Shown here one piece after another: positions 28,538-38,969 of a DNA stretch of 64,000 nt. The position numbers and the translations under genes were made by a program. The number at the start of each line of letters is the position of its first letter. Positions within the stretch are counted from its first letter, which is position 1. Source of the DNA: Lama guanicoe (Eukaryota); NCBI GenBank assembly GCA_013239625.1, contig MU054220.1, forward strand, positions 8,653,367 through 8,717,366, given 5' to 3'. The notes beneath the pieces were generated by a model. The model did no database searches, had not been told where the DNA came from, and saw only the letters and a list, made by a program, of their open reading frames with translations.

Positions 28538-28560
28538 TTGTGAGAATTACCAAAATGTGA
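28240..28560 (-). mobile_element. Internally deleted Tigger1 (Tigger1a-type non-autonomous element); truncated copy at ~25968-26266
   Basis: Contains catctgagccttcagcgagtcgta joined directly to agtaacctcaaagatcact..gaaaaagtttgaaatattg.gagaattaccaaaatgtga, i.e. both Tigger1 end regions. Confidence 0.8.
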
Positions 28561-29330
28561 GAAGCATATATTTCACAACAGGTCTTAAAAATTATCTGTT
28601 ACCGGATATATTTTTCAGAAAGGTAAATCATGACGCTCATCAACATATAAATTGAATATATGTCAAAGATTTTATTTAAATCTTTAATTAGTCTCTACAA
28701 TATTGAAACTAGTTCAAAAGGCAATTCAGGGACACCACACGTACATCGGATATCAGGAATGCTGAGATAAATTGGTTATAAAAATAAAACTGGCTTGAAG
28801 GGACCAGTCATACCTAAATTGGACACATTCATTTGCATTTCTATGAAAAATAATAACTGGAGTTACTATCACTTTTCTACAACTCTACAGCTTTAAAAGT
28901 AGTTTAAATATAATGCAAGGTGCAGATAACCTGAAATACTACATAGGACACCCGGTAAGTTTTACCCCACTTCAAAATCTTTCACAGTTTTTTATAACGT
29001 ATAATATAGACCATAAAAATGTAATAATAACAGTATAAGAATCATCACTAATTAGAAAATATACCTAAATTCTGAATGTTAGCCCTTAATCTAATTTTTT
29101 TGTATTTCCATCATTGTATATCAATTATCAGTCAAAATCTAACCATGTGATAAGCCAAAGAAATGTGCTTTTCTTCTTTACCATTAATCTTGCATTTTTA
29201 ATGTATGTTTTGCTAATTATCTTAGCTGTCTTAGTTTATAGAGCAGTTAGATCAAGTGTTCTAGTTTGGATCTCCCCAGAGACTAGATAGCTTTTCTGTC
29301 TTTCTTAGTCATGGAGATTGTCATTCTTTG

Positions 29331-29720
29331 GGAAGTAAGCCAGAAAGAGAAAGAAAAATACCAAATGATATCACTTATACGTGGAATCTAAAAAAGAAAA
29401 AGACAAATGAACTTATTTACAAAAGAGAAACAGACTCACAGACATAGAAAACAAACTTACGGTTACCAGGGTGGTGAAGAGGGTAGGAAAAGAGAAATTG
29501 GGAGTTTAAGATTTGCAGACGCTAACTGATATATAAAAAAATAGATAAACAACAGGATCCTATTGTATATAGCACAGGAAACTACATTCAATATCTTGTA
29601 GTAACTTATGGTGAAAAAGAATATGAAAATAAATACATGTATGTTCCTATAGGACTGAAGCATTGTGCTGTGCACCAGAAACTGACACAACATTGTAAAC
29701 TGACTATACTTCAAAAATAT
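29331..29720 (+). mobile_element. L1 3' end (camelid/artiodactyl type), 5'-truncated
   Basis: gaagtaagccagaaagagaaag..cacttatacgtggaatctaaaa..cagactcacagacatagaaaacaaactta..ctatacttcaa. Confidence 0.9.
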
Positions 29721-30404
29721 TTTTTTTAATTAAAGAGGATAAAGGAGCGGGCTAAAAAAATAAATAAAAATAAAGCCTTGAGTCAGTTTTTTCTCTCCTA
29801 TATAGTAGATTCTTGGCCCCAGGGGATTATGGTAAAAGATGGTCATCTCTAGCATGAATCCATGCTTAATGGTATAAGGTGGTGTACTGAGATGGAATCC
29901 TGGAAGTGGTTCCCCTTACCTGTTTATAGGAGCATCAGAATTTTAATTCTAATAAGAAAGTGGGACCATCCACTCCAAAGCATTATATACAAGACAATAA
30001 ATAGGAGATTGGGTTAAATCTTCATAAATTTGATAAAAAAATAAATGTATTACAGATTTAACTGCCGTAGGCATAGACAAGTACCTAAAGATAACTTTTT
30101 GGTCAATTCTGTTATTTGTCTCTGCTGTATATTTAAACCATCTGGTGATAACTGTCGTCCAGTCTGGATACTGATATGTTTTCTTAATGCAGTTTTTGCC
30201 TCTTACGTCCTGAGATGTCAGCACATCATTTCGGGTCCTTCTCGCTGTGTCTTAGACTTTACGTTCACATCGACTCGAAGCAGAGCCTGTGGTCACTGAA
30301 TCTTTATAATACTTACGATGTCTGCTTGGCGACGTACACCTGCCTCTTCATGTGGACAACGTAAAGTCCTCTCTTCAGTGAACTCCATTCCTCAGTGAAG
30401 CCAC

Positions 30405-30440
30405 TTACATTCTCTTAACAGGCACTGCAGTGCTAAGGGG
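30405..30440 (-). pseudogene. Candidate terminal coding exon remnant
   Basis: gccttttag acceptor; PLSTAVPVKRM then TAA, overlapping a gtaagt donor-like site. Confidence 0.35.
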
Positions 30441-30668
30441 CTAAAAGGCTTTGTGGGAATAAAGTTATGTTGACAAAACACTACCATTAAAAACTTTTAC
30501 ACTCCATGGAGTATAGTTTACATTAATATATCTCACAGAGTATCGGTCATTCACACAGTGGATAGATAGAACACAAGGTATCTTATGGAACACACTCACT
30601 ATTCCCTGGAAATCCTTCTCCAGGACCATATGATTTCGTACAATATTTCAGGAATCTTTCTCTCTTAC

Positions 30669-30784
30669 CTTTAGGTTGCTTGCCACTTCTCTTCGAATAT
30701 TGGAAAGAATATCAATAAGACATCTTCCTTGCCCTTGCATCCGTATAACATTGATTTTAATCAACAACGTGATACAAAGTTCAC
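30669..30784 (-). pseudogene. Exon remnant (116 nt)
   Basis: Strong donor AAG|gtaaga, weak acceptor; the only open frame is ELCITLLIKINVIRMQGQGRCLIDILSNIRREVASNLK, phase-compatible with its neighbours. Confidence 0.5.
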
Positions 30785-31582
30785 CTGTACTGATAACATG
30801 TGGTATGATTACATTATTATTCGACAGTAACTGACACAGCCCAAGGGAGATCAGAGCATTTTACCGTTGGACTATGATCTCTATTTTAAGTTAGCAACAA
30901 AACTAATGCTGGCTAGAGCTAGAAATAAAACATACCTAGGTATTTCCCTGTATGTACACGTATGTATGTACATATATGTGTGCAAGTGTGTGTGTGTGCA
31001 CATGTGTTCATGCTATTTTTTGTCTACTCTTTTACCCTTTGGTCTTTATTAAAAAAATGCATAACAGTGGTAATACATTTACCTAAGTACATGTCGATTT
31101 AGTTTTCTATTTTCTAATCAATAATACTTTGCATAATTCTCTCTCTCTGTGTAAGTTTATATGTATACACATTTGGGTATAGATTTTATTATGTAGATAG
31201 ATGATAGATATATAGATATCTATAGCTGTAGATGTAACAGTTTTATCAGAATCTCTAAGGGTGGTTTTTCAAGAATTTATCTAAAACTCTTACAAGTTAG
31301 CTGGAGGATGTTTAAATAAAAAAGTCAGATACTAAATGCATCGAAGAGCTGGTTTTAATGGTACAGTTCTCAGCCCCTTTGCTCTTCCTCATTGTTCCAC
31401 TAGCTTCCTTTCGTCCTTCATGGTAAGTATGAGAGTAACAGTAAGTATGAGAAAGAATGTCCTGTAATAGAGATGAGACGCCCTGTAAGTAAAAACACTG
31501 TGAGGATGAAGTACCAGTTCCTCGAGGAAGCCTTGACCGGCATTCTCTAGGTGATGTAATACTTTTTACATATAATGCTCAC

Positions 31583-31616
31583 CTGCGGGCCTGCAACCCT
31601 CAGGAGAGAAAGCTAT
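31583..31616 (-). pseudogene. Candidate exon remnant (34 nt)
   Basis: ctacactgcag acceptor, strong donor CAG|gtgagc; IAFSPEGCRPA, phase 0 to 1. Confidence 0.45.
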
Positions 31617-31770
31617 CTGCAGTGTAGGCACTGGGCTATGCCATCTATTTCCTTACTTCCTAGCCTGCTGCCCACACCAGACTCGGTGCTCAGTCTATAT
31701 TCTCGGATAAAGAGGAAAAGATCACGTATGCAAGTAGCTGAACACCATTTTCCTAAAGAAGGAGCCTTAC

Positions 31771-31821
31771 AATCGAGACAAGATGAGAGCAACTATTGTA
31801 ATTGATCAATGCATATTTCCA
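31771..31821 (-). pseudogene. Exon remnant (51 nt)
   Basis: tgtttcag acceptor, ATT|gtaagg donor; the only open frame is WKYALINYNSCSHLVSI, at the position of the TBC 'WDxLF' motif. Confidence 0.45.
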
Positions 31822-31973
31822 CTGAAACATTCTGCCTCACAATCATTTGAACAGTTGGCAGATAAAACATCAAATTATGAAAATTAATACAAGGGGACTG
31901 GGTACTACATAGGAGCAAGGGCCCAAGGTATTTTTCCTAATTCAGAATGACACATGACATATTCCAAATTCAC

Positions 31974-32027
31974 TTTATTGTATGTATTCCATGTAAGATG
32001 GACAACGTATGGGATAGATGAAGAGCC
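31974..32027 (-). pseudogene. Candidate exon remnant (54 nt)
   Basis: Acceptor gtttcctttgccgttagtagttatcag; weak donor AAA|gtgaat; frames GSSSIPYVVHLTWNTYNK / ALHLSHTLSILHGIHTI. Confidence 0.4.
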
Positions 32028-32289
32028 CTGATAACTACTAACGGCAAAGGAAACAGGATAAAGGCATCTCGAGAGAGCAGAGCATACAACCAAGGGTAAA
32101 CCAATCAGTGAGCTACAGAATCGATGGAATTTGGGAAGAAATCATGGATCGGTGGTCACAGAGCTGGGCTCTTTCTTTGTCATACCCTCTACTGACTTCA
32201 TTATTTAGGAGGCTGTGAGATACATGTGTTTTCATCTCAGAGAATTTAGTGAAAAGCTGGTGGTAACAAATTGTAGTACCAGCACTTAC

Positions 32290-32362
32290 GGAAATATATG
32301 ATTGATGTAGGAAACCAAGCAAGTATTTAGTTCCTTGATTTGATGTAGAGAAATTTAATTTT
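32290..32362 (-). pseudogene. Exon remnant (73 nt)
   Basis: ctctattgcttag acceptor, TCC|gtaagt donor; frames KLNFSTSNQGTKYLLGFLHQSYIS (open) and KIKFLYIKSRN*ILAWFPTSIIYF. Confidence 0.55.
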
Positions 32363-32716
32363 CTAAGCAATAGAGTGCAAACCTGATGTTGCAAACTTTC
32401 TGAACTACAGCATTCTGCTCTGGAGTTGTGGCAGATACTAACAAGGTAGAGTTAAGCATGTATCATGGACTAAAATTATTCCTATGTGTTTCTTTTGTCC
32501 TTTTTCTGCCTCTCTGTATCTTTTGTATTTTAATACCTCTGTCTCAGCATCTGCCTTTCATGTGTGCCTGCAAATGTGTGTGTGCATATTCATATACATG
32601 TACAAGGTCAGGAGACATGCTAGAATACACACGTCTATAAGTATTTATTGAATGTACAGTACATGCTAGACATCATACGAAGACACAAATGAAAATAAGA
32701 CATAGTCTGGTCTCAC

Positions 32717-32804
32717 GAGATCACTGCCAGTGTAGGAAGACGAATACAGTCAAAAGAATTAGAATGTGTGGTAAATGAGTTTGAGAAGAGATTTAGGTAA
32801 CAGT
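32717..32804 (-). pseudogene. Exon remnant (88 nt)
   Basis: ttctgtag acceptor, CTC|gtgaga donor. The only open frame, (Y)CYLNLFSNSFTTHSNSFDCIRLPTLAVIS, is phase-compatible with both neighbours; cf. recalled TBC1D13 'FFCFTNLMAEIRDNF'. Confidence 0.6.
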
Positions 32805-33120
32805 CTACAGAAGTCCAGGAAAAGGAGCGCTGCAGGGTATTACTGAAGGGAGAGAAAGAATACACAGGAAATACAATGAAAAGAGGCAATGCCATGTTAC
32901 AGAAGAGCACTTGAGAAGGCATGAAGGGGCCCCAGAGTGAACCATGCTTGGAAAATCACATGTACGTTGATATGACTACCTATTCACAGATACATACAGC
33001 TATGTAAGGTTTAAATACATGCATACTTTTTTTTTTCTCCATGTTTGGATACGCACCCTTCTCTATTTTTTCCCCCAGTAAGGAAAAAAAAAAAGAAATG
33101 CTTCTTTTTCAAGGACATAC

Positions 33121-33233
33121 AGAAGAAACCTGGCTTCTGCTTCCTCAAAGCAATAAAGCAACAGAGCAATGTAATTCAATCCAACAGCTCTAGGATACTC
33201 TGCTCCCTCTCATGACTCCATAAAGCATTTTGC
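33121..33233 (-). pseudogene. Exon remnant (113 nt) carrying the YxQG-like TBC motif, with internal stop and frameshifts
   Basis: Acceptor tcttcctcacaaatag, donor TCT|gtatgt; reads KMLYGVMRGSRVS*SC / GLNYIALLLYCFEEAEA / GFF across three frames. Confidence 0.65.
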
Positions 33234-33742
33234 CTATTTGTGAGGAAGACATTTCACTTTCAAATTGAGATTCCAAACTGCTCTCGTAAAATAAAAGTGC
33301 CTCTCGCTTGAATATTTATTTATTTATTTGTTTGTTTACTTATTTATTTAATTTATTTATTTATAATAGTCACCATTGTCACTTCTTAATTAATCCTGGG
33401 GTAAGCTATTTCCCCTCTCCTTCCCCAGGTTAAAAAAAAAATGTCACAACAGAAGAATGAAAAAAAAAATCATGATTTACTGGTTTCAGCTCTAGTCACA
33501 GAAGCATTTTGTCATTTCTCTCTAAACACCTTAACATGCATTTACATCTTCAGCGATATCCAAGGTCATGTGAATCTCTGCAGGCTATTTTTGATGGATT
33601 TTTTTTTTTCACCAGGTCTGACAGCAGAGATCATAGCACAAAAGCTCACACCTCTCAAATGTGATTTGGAGTGTTAATTGGAAAGAACCGAGCTGACCCT
33701 GTGATTCCTGCTCTCTAAGAACCGGTGACAAGATGTCCCAAC

Positions 33743-33794
33743 CTTCCTTCTTTAGTCTGATGGGCAGAAACCATGAAGATCACAGGGGTTCTGG
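33743..33794 (-). pseudogene. Exon remnant (52 nt)
   Basis: Very long pyrimidine tract cttttctcctgtctcccacattctgtgctttcctcttcag; donor AAG|gttggg; the only open frame is RTPVIFMVSAHQTKEG (cf. TBC 'RTFP..FF...EG'). Confidence 0.55.
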
Positions 33795-34016
33795 CTGAAG
33801 AGGAAAGCACAGAATGTGGGAGACAGGAGAAAAGAAACGTAAAGAAAAAGTTTTGATTGGTGAGAAGGAATGAAAACAAATTATATCACCTTTGAAATGA
33901 TCTAAGAATGTTTGAGACTAATCCAGTTTCTATTCAAGATGTCTTTAAGATAGTTAAGAAGGAAACCCAGAAGTTTTGTGACAGAAGTCAAGCAAAACAA
34001 AAAGAGGTGGACTTAC

Positions 34017-34089
34017 AACTGCTCAGTAGGAATCAAGTAGGCATTAAAGGAGGCATCTGATCTCTGATTGCAAAATTCTTGGCCTGTCT
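34017..34089 (-). pseudogene. Exon remnant (73 nt)
   Basis: Acceptor ctactgtttttag, donor GTT|gtaagt; open frame TGQEFCNQRSDASFNAYLIPTEQ leads into an IxxDxxR-like motif. Confidence 0.55.
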
Positions 34090-34104
34090 CTAAAAACAGT
34101 AGTT

Positions 34105-34325
34105 AACACTTATTAAGTGAACACAAATGTCCGTCATCGGTCTAAGCACTTTGCAAGTTTTAACAATTTAAATCTCTCAAAGCCCCGTGAAGCCCATGAC
34201 AGATACCACCTTCATTTTCCAGAAAAAGAAACAAAAGCACAGACAGGGCAAGTACATTTAATTTCCTATGGCCCCACAGCTGGTAGGCAGTGAAGCCAGG
34301 AATCAATGGCAGGTAACGTGGCTTG
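34105..34325. mobile_element. MIR SINE inside a pseudogene intron
   Basis: ctaagcacttt..cattttccagaaaaagaaacaaaagcacaga..cacagctggtaggcagtgaagccagga MIR core. Confidence 0.7.
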
Positions 34326-34585
34326 ACGGGCTGCCTGAGACTGATGACTGTGACGGATCATTACTACTTCTTAATTTTCTAAAACAAGAACAGAAAGGCT
34401 CTTTAGGAAACAAATACAGTTTTAATGATCTCTTCCTTTAAAACTGTCAAGGAATTGGAATTAGTGTGAGAACGTTAGCAATTTGAATACTGACTAAGTT
34501 TTTGACACCGTTAGGCGCAGCTGGGGGCACAGGGGTTAATCAATCAGAGATGCTGGGGGTTTGAGTTCAGAAGACTGAAAATTAC

Positions 34586-34614
34586 CTTCGCTGCCTCCGT
34601 GGTAGAGTTCAGAA
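34586..34614 (-). pseudogene. Exon remnant (29 nt)
   Basis: ctgcag acceptor, AAG|gtaatt donor; frames read LNSTTEAAK or SELYHGGSE (ELY as in recalled TBC1D13 'QRELY'). Confidence 0.45.
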
Positions 34615-34895
34615 CTGCAGCATAAATGATTAGAGACTTCATAAACCAGCAAGTGATTACTCAGCTTGTTAGTACAGTCGTAAACTCCCAGGGTCCAGAG
34701 TTGATGGTTTGTATCCTCATGACAAATGTCCCTTCCAAATAGCTATCTAGTAGAGATGAGGATATCTTTGGTGATTGAGATTCGCCATCTTCCAGAGGAA
34801 TGCTTTCCACCTCTGGAAAGATCAGTTTCAAATTCTTCATTACTTTGAACTGAAACCAGTTCCTCTGCCGTATTTAAAACCAGCCCCAGTCTTAC

Positions 34896-34955
34896 CTCTC
34901 GTGAACGATTCTTCCAGGAGAATCAACATATTCACCTTATCGTTGTCATAAAATA
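34896..34955 (-). pseudogene. Exon remnant (60 nt)
   Basis: Donor GAG|gtaaga. The only open frame (FYDNDKVNMLILLEESFTR) is phase-compatible with the previous exon and resembles recalled TBC1D5 'QDKSQWISRIEE'. Confidence 0.55.
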
Positions 34956-35273
34956 CTGAATGTTTTTGTTTTATAAACATCTCATTAATTAGTAGTTGAC
35001 CATATTGTTGAGAAAAATAACTGCTTGTAAAGCAGAAAATGGTGAATTTATTTGAAGCGCTGGATGGTGTTTTTTAATGAAAGTAGCCTCATTGTCTTCT
35101 CCCTCCCTGGTTGCGGCTTTTGAAATGCACACCTTTTACATTTCAGCCTATAAATGAGGGATAGACTGTTCTTAAGGAGTTAGAATGATGCATTTCTAAT
35201 CCGGTTTGTTTTATTTCCTGGGCTCCTGTCTTCCAAATGCTTCTCTGTCAGGGAGGTTGTCTGTCTTTCTTAC

Positions 35274-35349
35274 CCCACCAAGTTAGATATGTACCATGCA
35301 GCCCAGGCAAGCATAAAGAGCTTAGTTTCAAAATTCTATAAAATACGTC
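35274..35349 (-). pseudogene. Exon remnant (76 nt), start of TBC-like domain
   Basis: Acceptor ctgcttacctctactccag, donor GGG|gtaaga. The only open frame is DVFYRILKLSSLCLPGLHGTYLTWW; a second frame ends NLVG. Resembles the TBC N-terminal 'LRELSxxGIPxxLRxxxWKxLLG' motif. Confidence 0.6.
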
Positions 35350-35560
35350 CTGGAGTAGAGGTAAGCAGAAATTTCCAGGGCCCAGAGAAGGTCCTTCCAA
35401 GCGAAGCCGAAGTGCATGAGGGCACAGGGGTGCTGGGGATGGGGCGGGCATAGATCAGAAGGAGTCACCCAAGGACCGAGACAGCCACGTGCCATTTTTC
35501 TCCCCAGGTGAATACTTTTCTCACTCATAAAGGTAGCCTGTTGAACGAACGAAAATTTAC

Positions 35561-35617
35561 TCTGGGTAAAAGTCCCGGCATAAGCAAGGGGAAGTATCCT
35601 CGCTTAGATCATGTGCT
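35561..35617 (-). pseudogene. Candidate exon remnant (57 nt)
   Basis: Strong acceptor tttcgtgtttcactttgcag; weak donor AGA|gtaaat; reads ST*SKRGYFPLLMPGLLPR in phase 0. Confidence 0.4.
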
Positions 35618-36992
35618 CTGCAAAGTGAAACACGAAATTGATGAATTTTTTTCTGGTAAGACTTCTGTCGGTACTGACTACTAAACAGACTGAGAAAATC
35701 ATTCTTGCTCCTGGTCCTAAATTTTTATAGATGTTCCTAAAATGTTCATTTAGCTCACCTCTGGTAACAGACGGAGCAGAATGATTTATGAGCAGGGCTG
35801 ACTTCCATACCACTGATGGATGCTTTATGCACTTAATGATCACTGGCAAGCAGCAGCTCCTATAAAACTTCAAATGTCACTAATAGGACTTTTTAGCTCT
35901 TATACTGTAAAACACAATTTGTAAGCTGGTTTTTTTTTAAGACTGAAAAAAAAGAAAAAAAACCCAAAACTACTTTTTCCAGGTACTAAGCATTTTAACC
36001 TCAGATCATGTGTCGAAATACTTGAATGCTGTGTTTTCAGACATTATGAATACAGGCTAGGATGGGTAATGTATTAAGAGTGGGTAATATACTAAGCTAT
36101 ACATAATTTAAAAAGAAAATCTGCAATAAAAACAAATAGAAACACATCCTTTTTAAAAACTTATCTACATACATAAATTAGTTAGATCCAAGTAACTGAT
36201 GTTTAATAATAATAATAATAACAACAATAATTAATAATAATAAATGCAAGTTTCAGTCACTGTACACCACTTACTATATGTTATTTTCGTTTGCTTATTA
36301 TTAATGTTTCATTTATTTTTAGATACATAATTTTAGGAATTTGGGTTTAAAAATACTTTTAAAACATTCTCAATATATTTGGCTCTTTGTACAGAGGATT
36401 TGAATCTGTATGACTTTAAAAATCCAAGGAGCCTACCAGGTATCATTCTCTAATTTAATAATTCAGAGGCTTTTGCCAGATTCACTCCTACATCAGTGAT
36501 TTATGGCGGGCAAGGTAGGGAGGGTTGGTGCTTGACATTGTTCTCCATCTGACAGAGGGCATCCTGACACCAAAGCTGGTGGTGTGGCTGCTGATGTCTC
36601 AATATTCTCCTCTGGGTACCAAGGAGGTCGGACCAGCTGATCTCAAAGGACTCTGATGTCTCATACATTATATAGTTCTATAAACCCAGAATGTAAAATG
36701 AAATTCTCCACAAATTTAAAACAGAAAAGTGCACAAGGACTGGCATTCCCTCAGAAAACTTATTACATCCATTTTAAAACCACCCTCTTTAGGGAGTAAA
36801 TGGATTTGGTATAAAAAGCTTGGGAGTATTAAGCCCCAGAATGCAAGGCCAAGGCCAAGGCCAAGGCCACCTCCTGCTTTCAAATACATCTACTTCACTG
36901 TGGCCAAGCATGGTAATATATCAAAGCATGACGATCATTTAAAGGTTTACTGATAGAAAAAAGATAATGGGAAGGTTAAGATTCCCACTCAC

Positions 36993-37049
36993 GCCTATTC
37001 CCATTCATCTTATAATCATTTTAAGTTTCCAGATATCAGAGGATGTCTT
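36993..37049 (-). pseudogene. Candidate 5' exon remnant (57 nt) of the TBC-like pseudogene
   Basis: Acceptor tttctaccccccaccccag and donor GGC|gtgagt; all frames contain a stop; no TBC motif seen. Confidence 0.35.
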
Positions 37050-38682
37050 CTGGGGTGGGGGGTAGAAATCACTTGGAACTGAATAATTCGTTGTTAAAAC
37101 TCCATCTATAACTTAGCTTTTTAAGTTGTACCTGCGTGAAAGTGTTTTTTGACACCAAATATAAAATATGAAGAGGGTAAAAACCCAATGTGACATCAAC
37201 TGGGAACAGAAGGATTAGAAATCATTTTCACCTTGATGTTCCTTCATTTTTCTCTCCACTTCACTAAACTGCAAGCGTTACACATCAGGGCCCTATTTAT
37301 TTAGAGAGGGGAGCTAAGACAGAAGATCATCTCAGGAGCTCGAAGGGTATGGGGCAAAGTCATTTATCACACAGGTTCAAGACCAGCTAGGGTGTTCTTG
37401 AAACGAAGACAAAATGTCACCAAAGGGCTTGATGAGACAATAGAAACCAAAAGTGAGGAACTGAAGGAGGTCAAGGTCATGAAAGGCTTGCATTACGGAT
37501 GCCTTGAGTCACATCCCCCCCATGGACCTTGTAGCTCCCACCTTGCCGTGTAATAGTTTCCCTGTGGGAACCACTGTTCTCCAGCGAGTTATACCAAGTC
37601 ACTATTTGCAGTGACTTGTGCCCCAGAGGCAGGGCTGATGGGCTGAGGTGCACCTCTCTGTGTCCTCCCCGACTCCAAACAAAGCACGCTATCTCTGAGG
37701 TCCAAGATACTTCTGTTTATCAAAGGACCACCTAGCAGCCAGTGGGAAATATTAAGGTATTATCCGAACGTTTTCTAGTGTTTATTCCTCAGTATTCCCT
37801 TAGCGTTTCCATGTTAAGGAACACAAGGAAAAGCTATACCTTTTGATGAAACTTGGAAACATAGCTTCCTGAAACTTTCTTCTCATCTTACTAAAAAGAA
37901 TAAAAGTGAGACATTTTTAAAAAAGAGATCTATTTCTGCCCAAAATATTTAAATTCTAAACTCCAAATCTCTTTACAGTAGATGTGCTTTAAATCACTCC
38001 CAATTTGTTTTATGTAATAATTTAAGCGTAACCTTGTTTTGTAGTAGCTCAATGTAATGATCACAATGTTGAGAATAACTGTATCTTGTTAACTGGAGAA
38101 CAAGCCCTTAATTTACTGTTTGAAACAAGATGGGCACCATTAGATAAAATACTTGTTCATCAATTTTAATGAGCAACTCCAGAGAGTAAGCACAAGTTAG
38201 ACAGGAGAGGTATAAAGAGCTATACGTTATGGTTTATTGTCCTTACAGAGCTTTGAAAGAAACATATAAACCAAAAGTTACATATACATTGTGTTGGTTT
38301 AAAAACCAATTTAAATCCTCTAATTTAAATGTAGCAGATAATTTCACAGGTTCCCTCAAAAACAAGAAATAGAAATAGCCAGAAAAGCAAGCAGAGAATA
38401 CCGGTGCTCTGACACTTGATTTTATTGCTCTTTGCCAGACCTCTTTTCAAATGCTTGAAAGAAGAAAGCAAGAAGAGAAGGAAAAAGTGGGAAAGGAATA
38501 GGAGGAAGGAGAGAAGAGGATGACACTGAGGGGTGGTAAGAAGGAGAAGCAGAGGGTAAAAAGAAAGAGAAAGGAAGCTGAGAGAGACTGAGGAGAGGAC
38601 AGTGAAGGGAGAATAAAGGACAGAGAGTCAGTGCCTCCTGACATGATCTTTGCAGAACTCATTCAAAATGCTCTGGGAATAG

Positions 38683-38905
38683 ATTAGGAGTTTGGGATTA
38701 ACGGATACACATTACTATGTGTAAAACAGATAAACAACAAGGACTTCTTGTACAGCACAGGGAATTATATTCAATTTCTTGTAATGAGCCATAATGGAAA
38801 AAAAACTGAAAAAATATATGTGTATGTATGTACATGTATAACTGAATCGCTTTGCTGTGCACCTGAAACTAACATTGTAAATCAACTGCACTTGAATAAA
38901 TAATA
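38683..38905 (+). mobile_element. L1 3' UTR fragment
   Basis: ttaggagtttgggattaac..gtacagcacagggaattatattcaat..aacattgtaaatcaact. Confidence 0.85.
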
Positions 38906-38969
38906 AGAACAAAAGATTTTAAAAAGTGATACAACCCCCCCCAAAAAAAACCCAAAGAAATGCAGAAAA

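Larger units (their letters stand above)
30405..37049 (-). pseudogene. Decayed multi-exon (non-processed) TBC/Rab-GAP domain pseudogene, TBC1D13/TBC1D5-like; ~15 exon remnants with stops and frameshifts
   Basis: Minus-strand AG..GT-bounded segments at 37049-36993, 35617-35561, 35349-35274, 34955-34896, 34614-34586, 34089-34017, 33794-33743, 33233-33121, 32804-32717, 32362-32290, 32027-31974, 31821-31771, 31616-31583, 30784-30669 and 30440-30405. Translated with frameshifts they give TBC-like motifs in order: ILKLSSLCLPGLHGTY..NLVG, NDKVNMLILLEE, ELY, IPTEQF/RTP (IxxDxxR-like), KMLYG..VS*SC/GLNYIALLLYCFEEAEA/GFFYCYLNLF (YxQGxN and AEAxxFFCFxNL-like), FLYIK, WKYAL, ELCITLL. Homology is by eye against recalled TBC sequences. 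Confidence 0.6.

Noticed and set aside
30317..30339. Additional 23-nt minus-strand exon
   Set aside because: Would need a 69-nt intron with a purine-rich acceptor; not supportable
34787..34822. Short inverted repeat tcttccagagg...cctctggaaaga as a miRNA or structured RNA
   Set aside because: A stem of ~11 bp is too short for a pre-miRNA and is expected by chance
34586..35617. Superficial resemblance of some peptides to IZUMO/TMEM95 or secretoglobin sequences
   Set aside because: Only short coincidental matches without the required cysteine patterns; the ordered TBC motifs explain more exons
36844..36869. (CAAGGC)x4 repeat giving an RP-repeat ORF
   Set aside because: Simple hexanucleotide microsatellite; the ORF has no other support
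30405..37049. Selenoprotein interpretation of the four in-frame TGA codons
   Set aside because: The best TBC-like motifs lie partly in other frames, implying frameshift decay. TGA is the stop most easily made from CGA/TGG, TBC proteins are not known selenoproteins, and I identified no SECIS.
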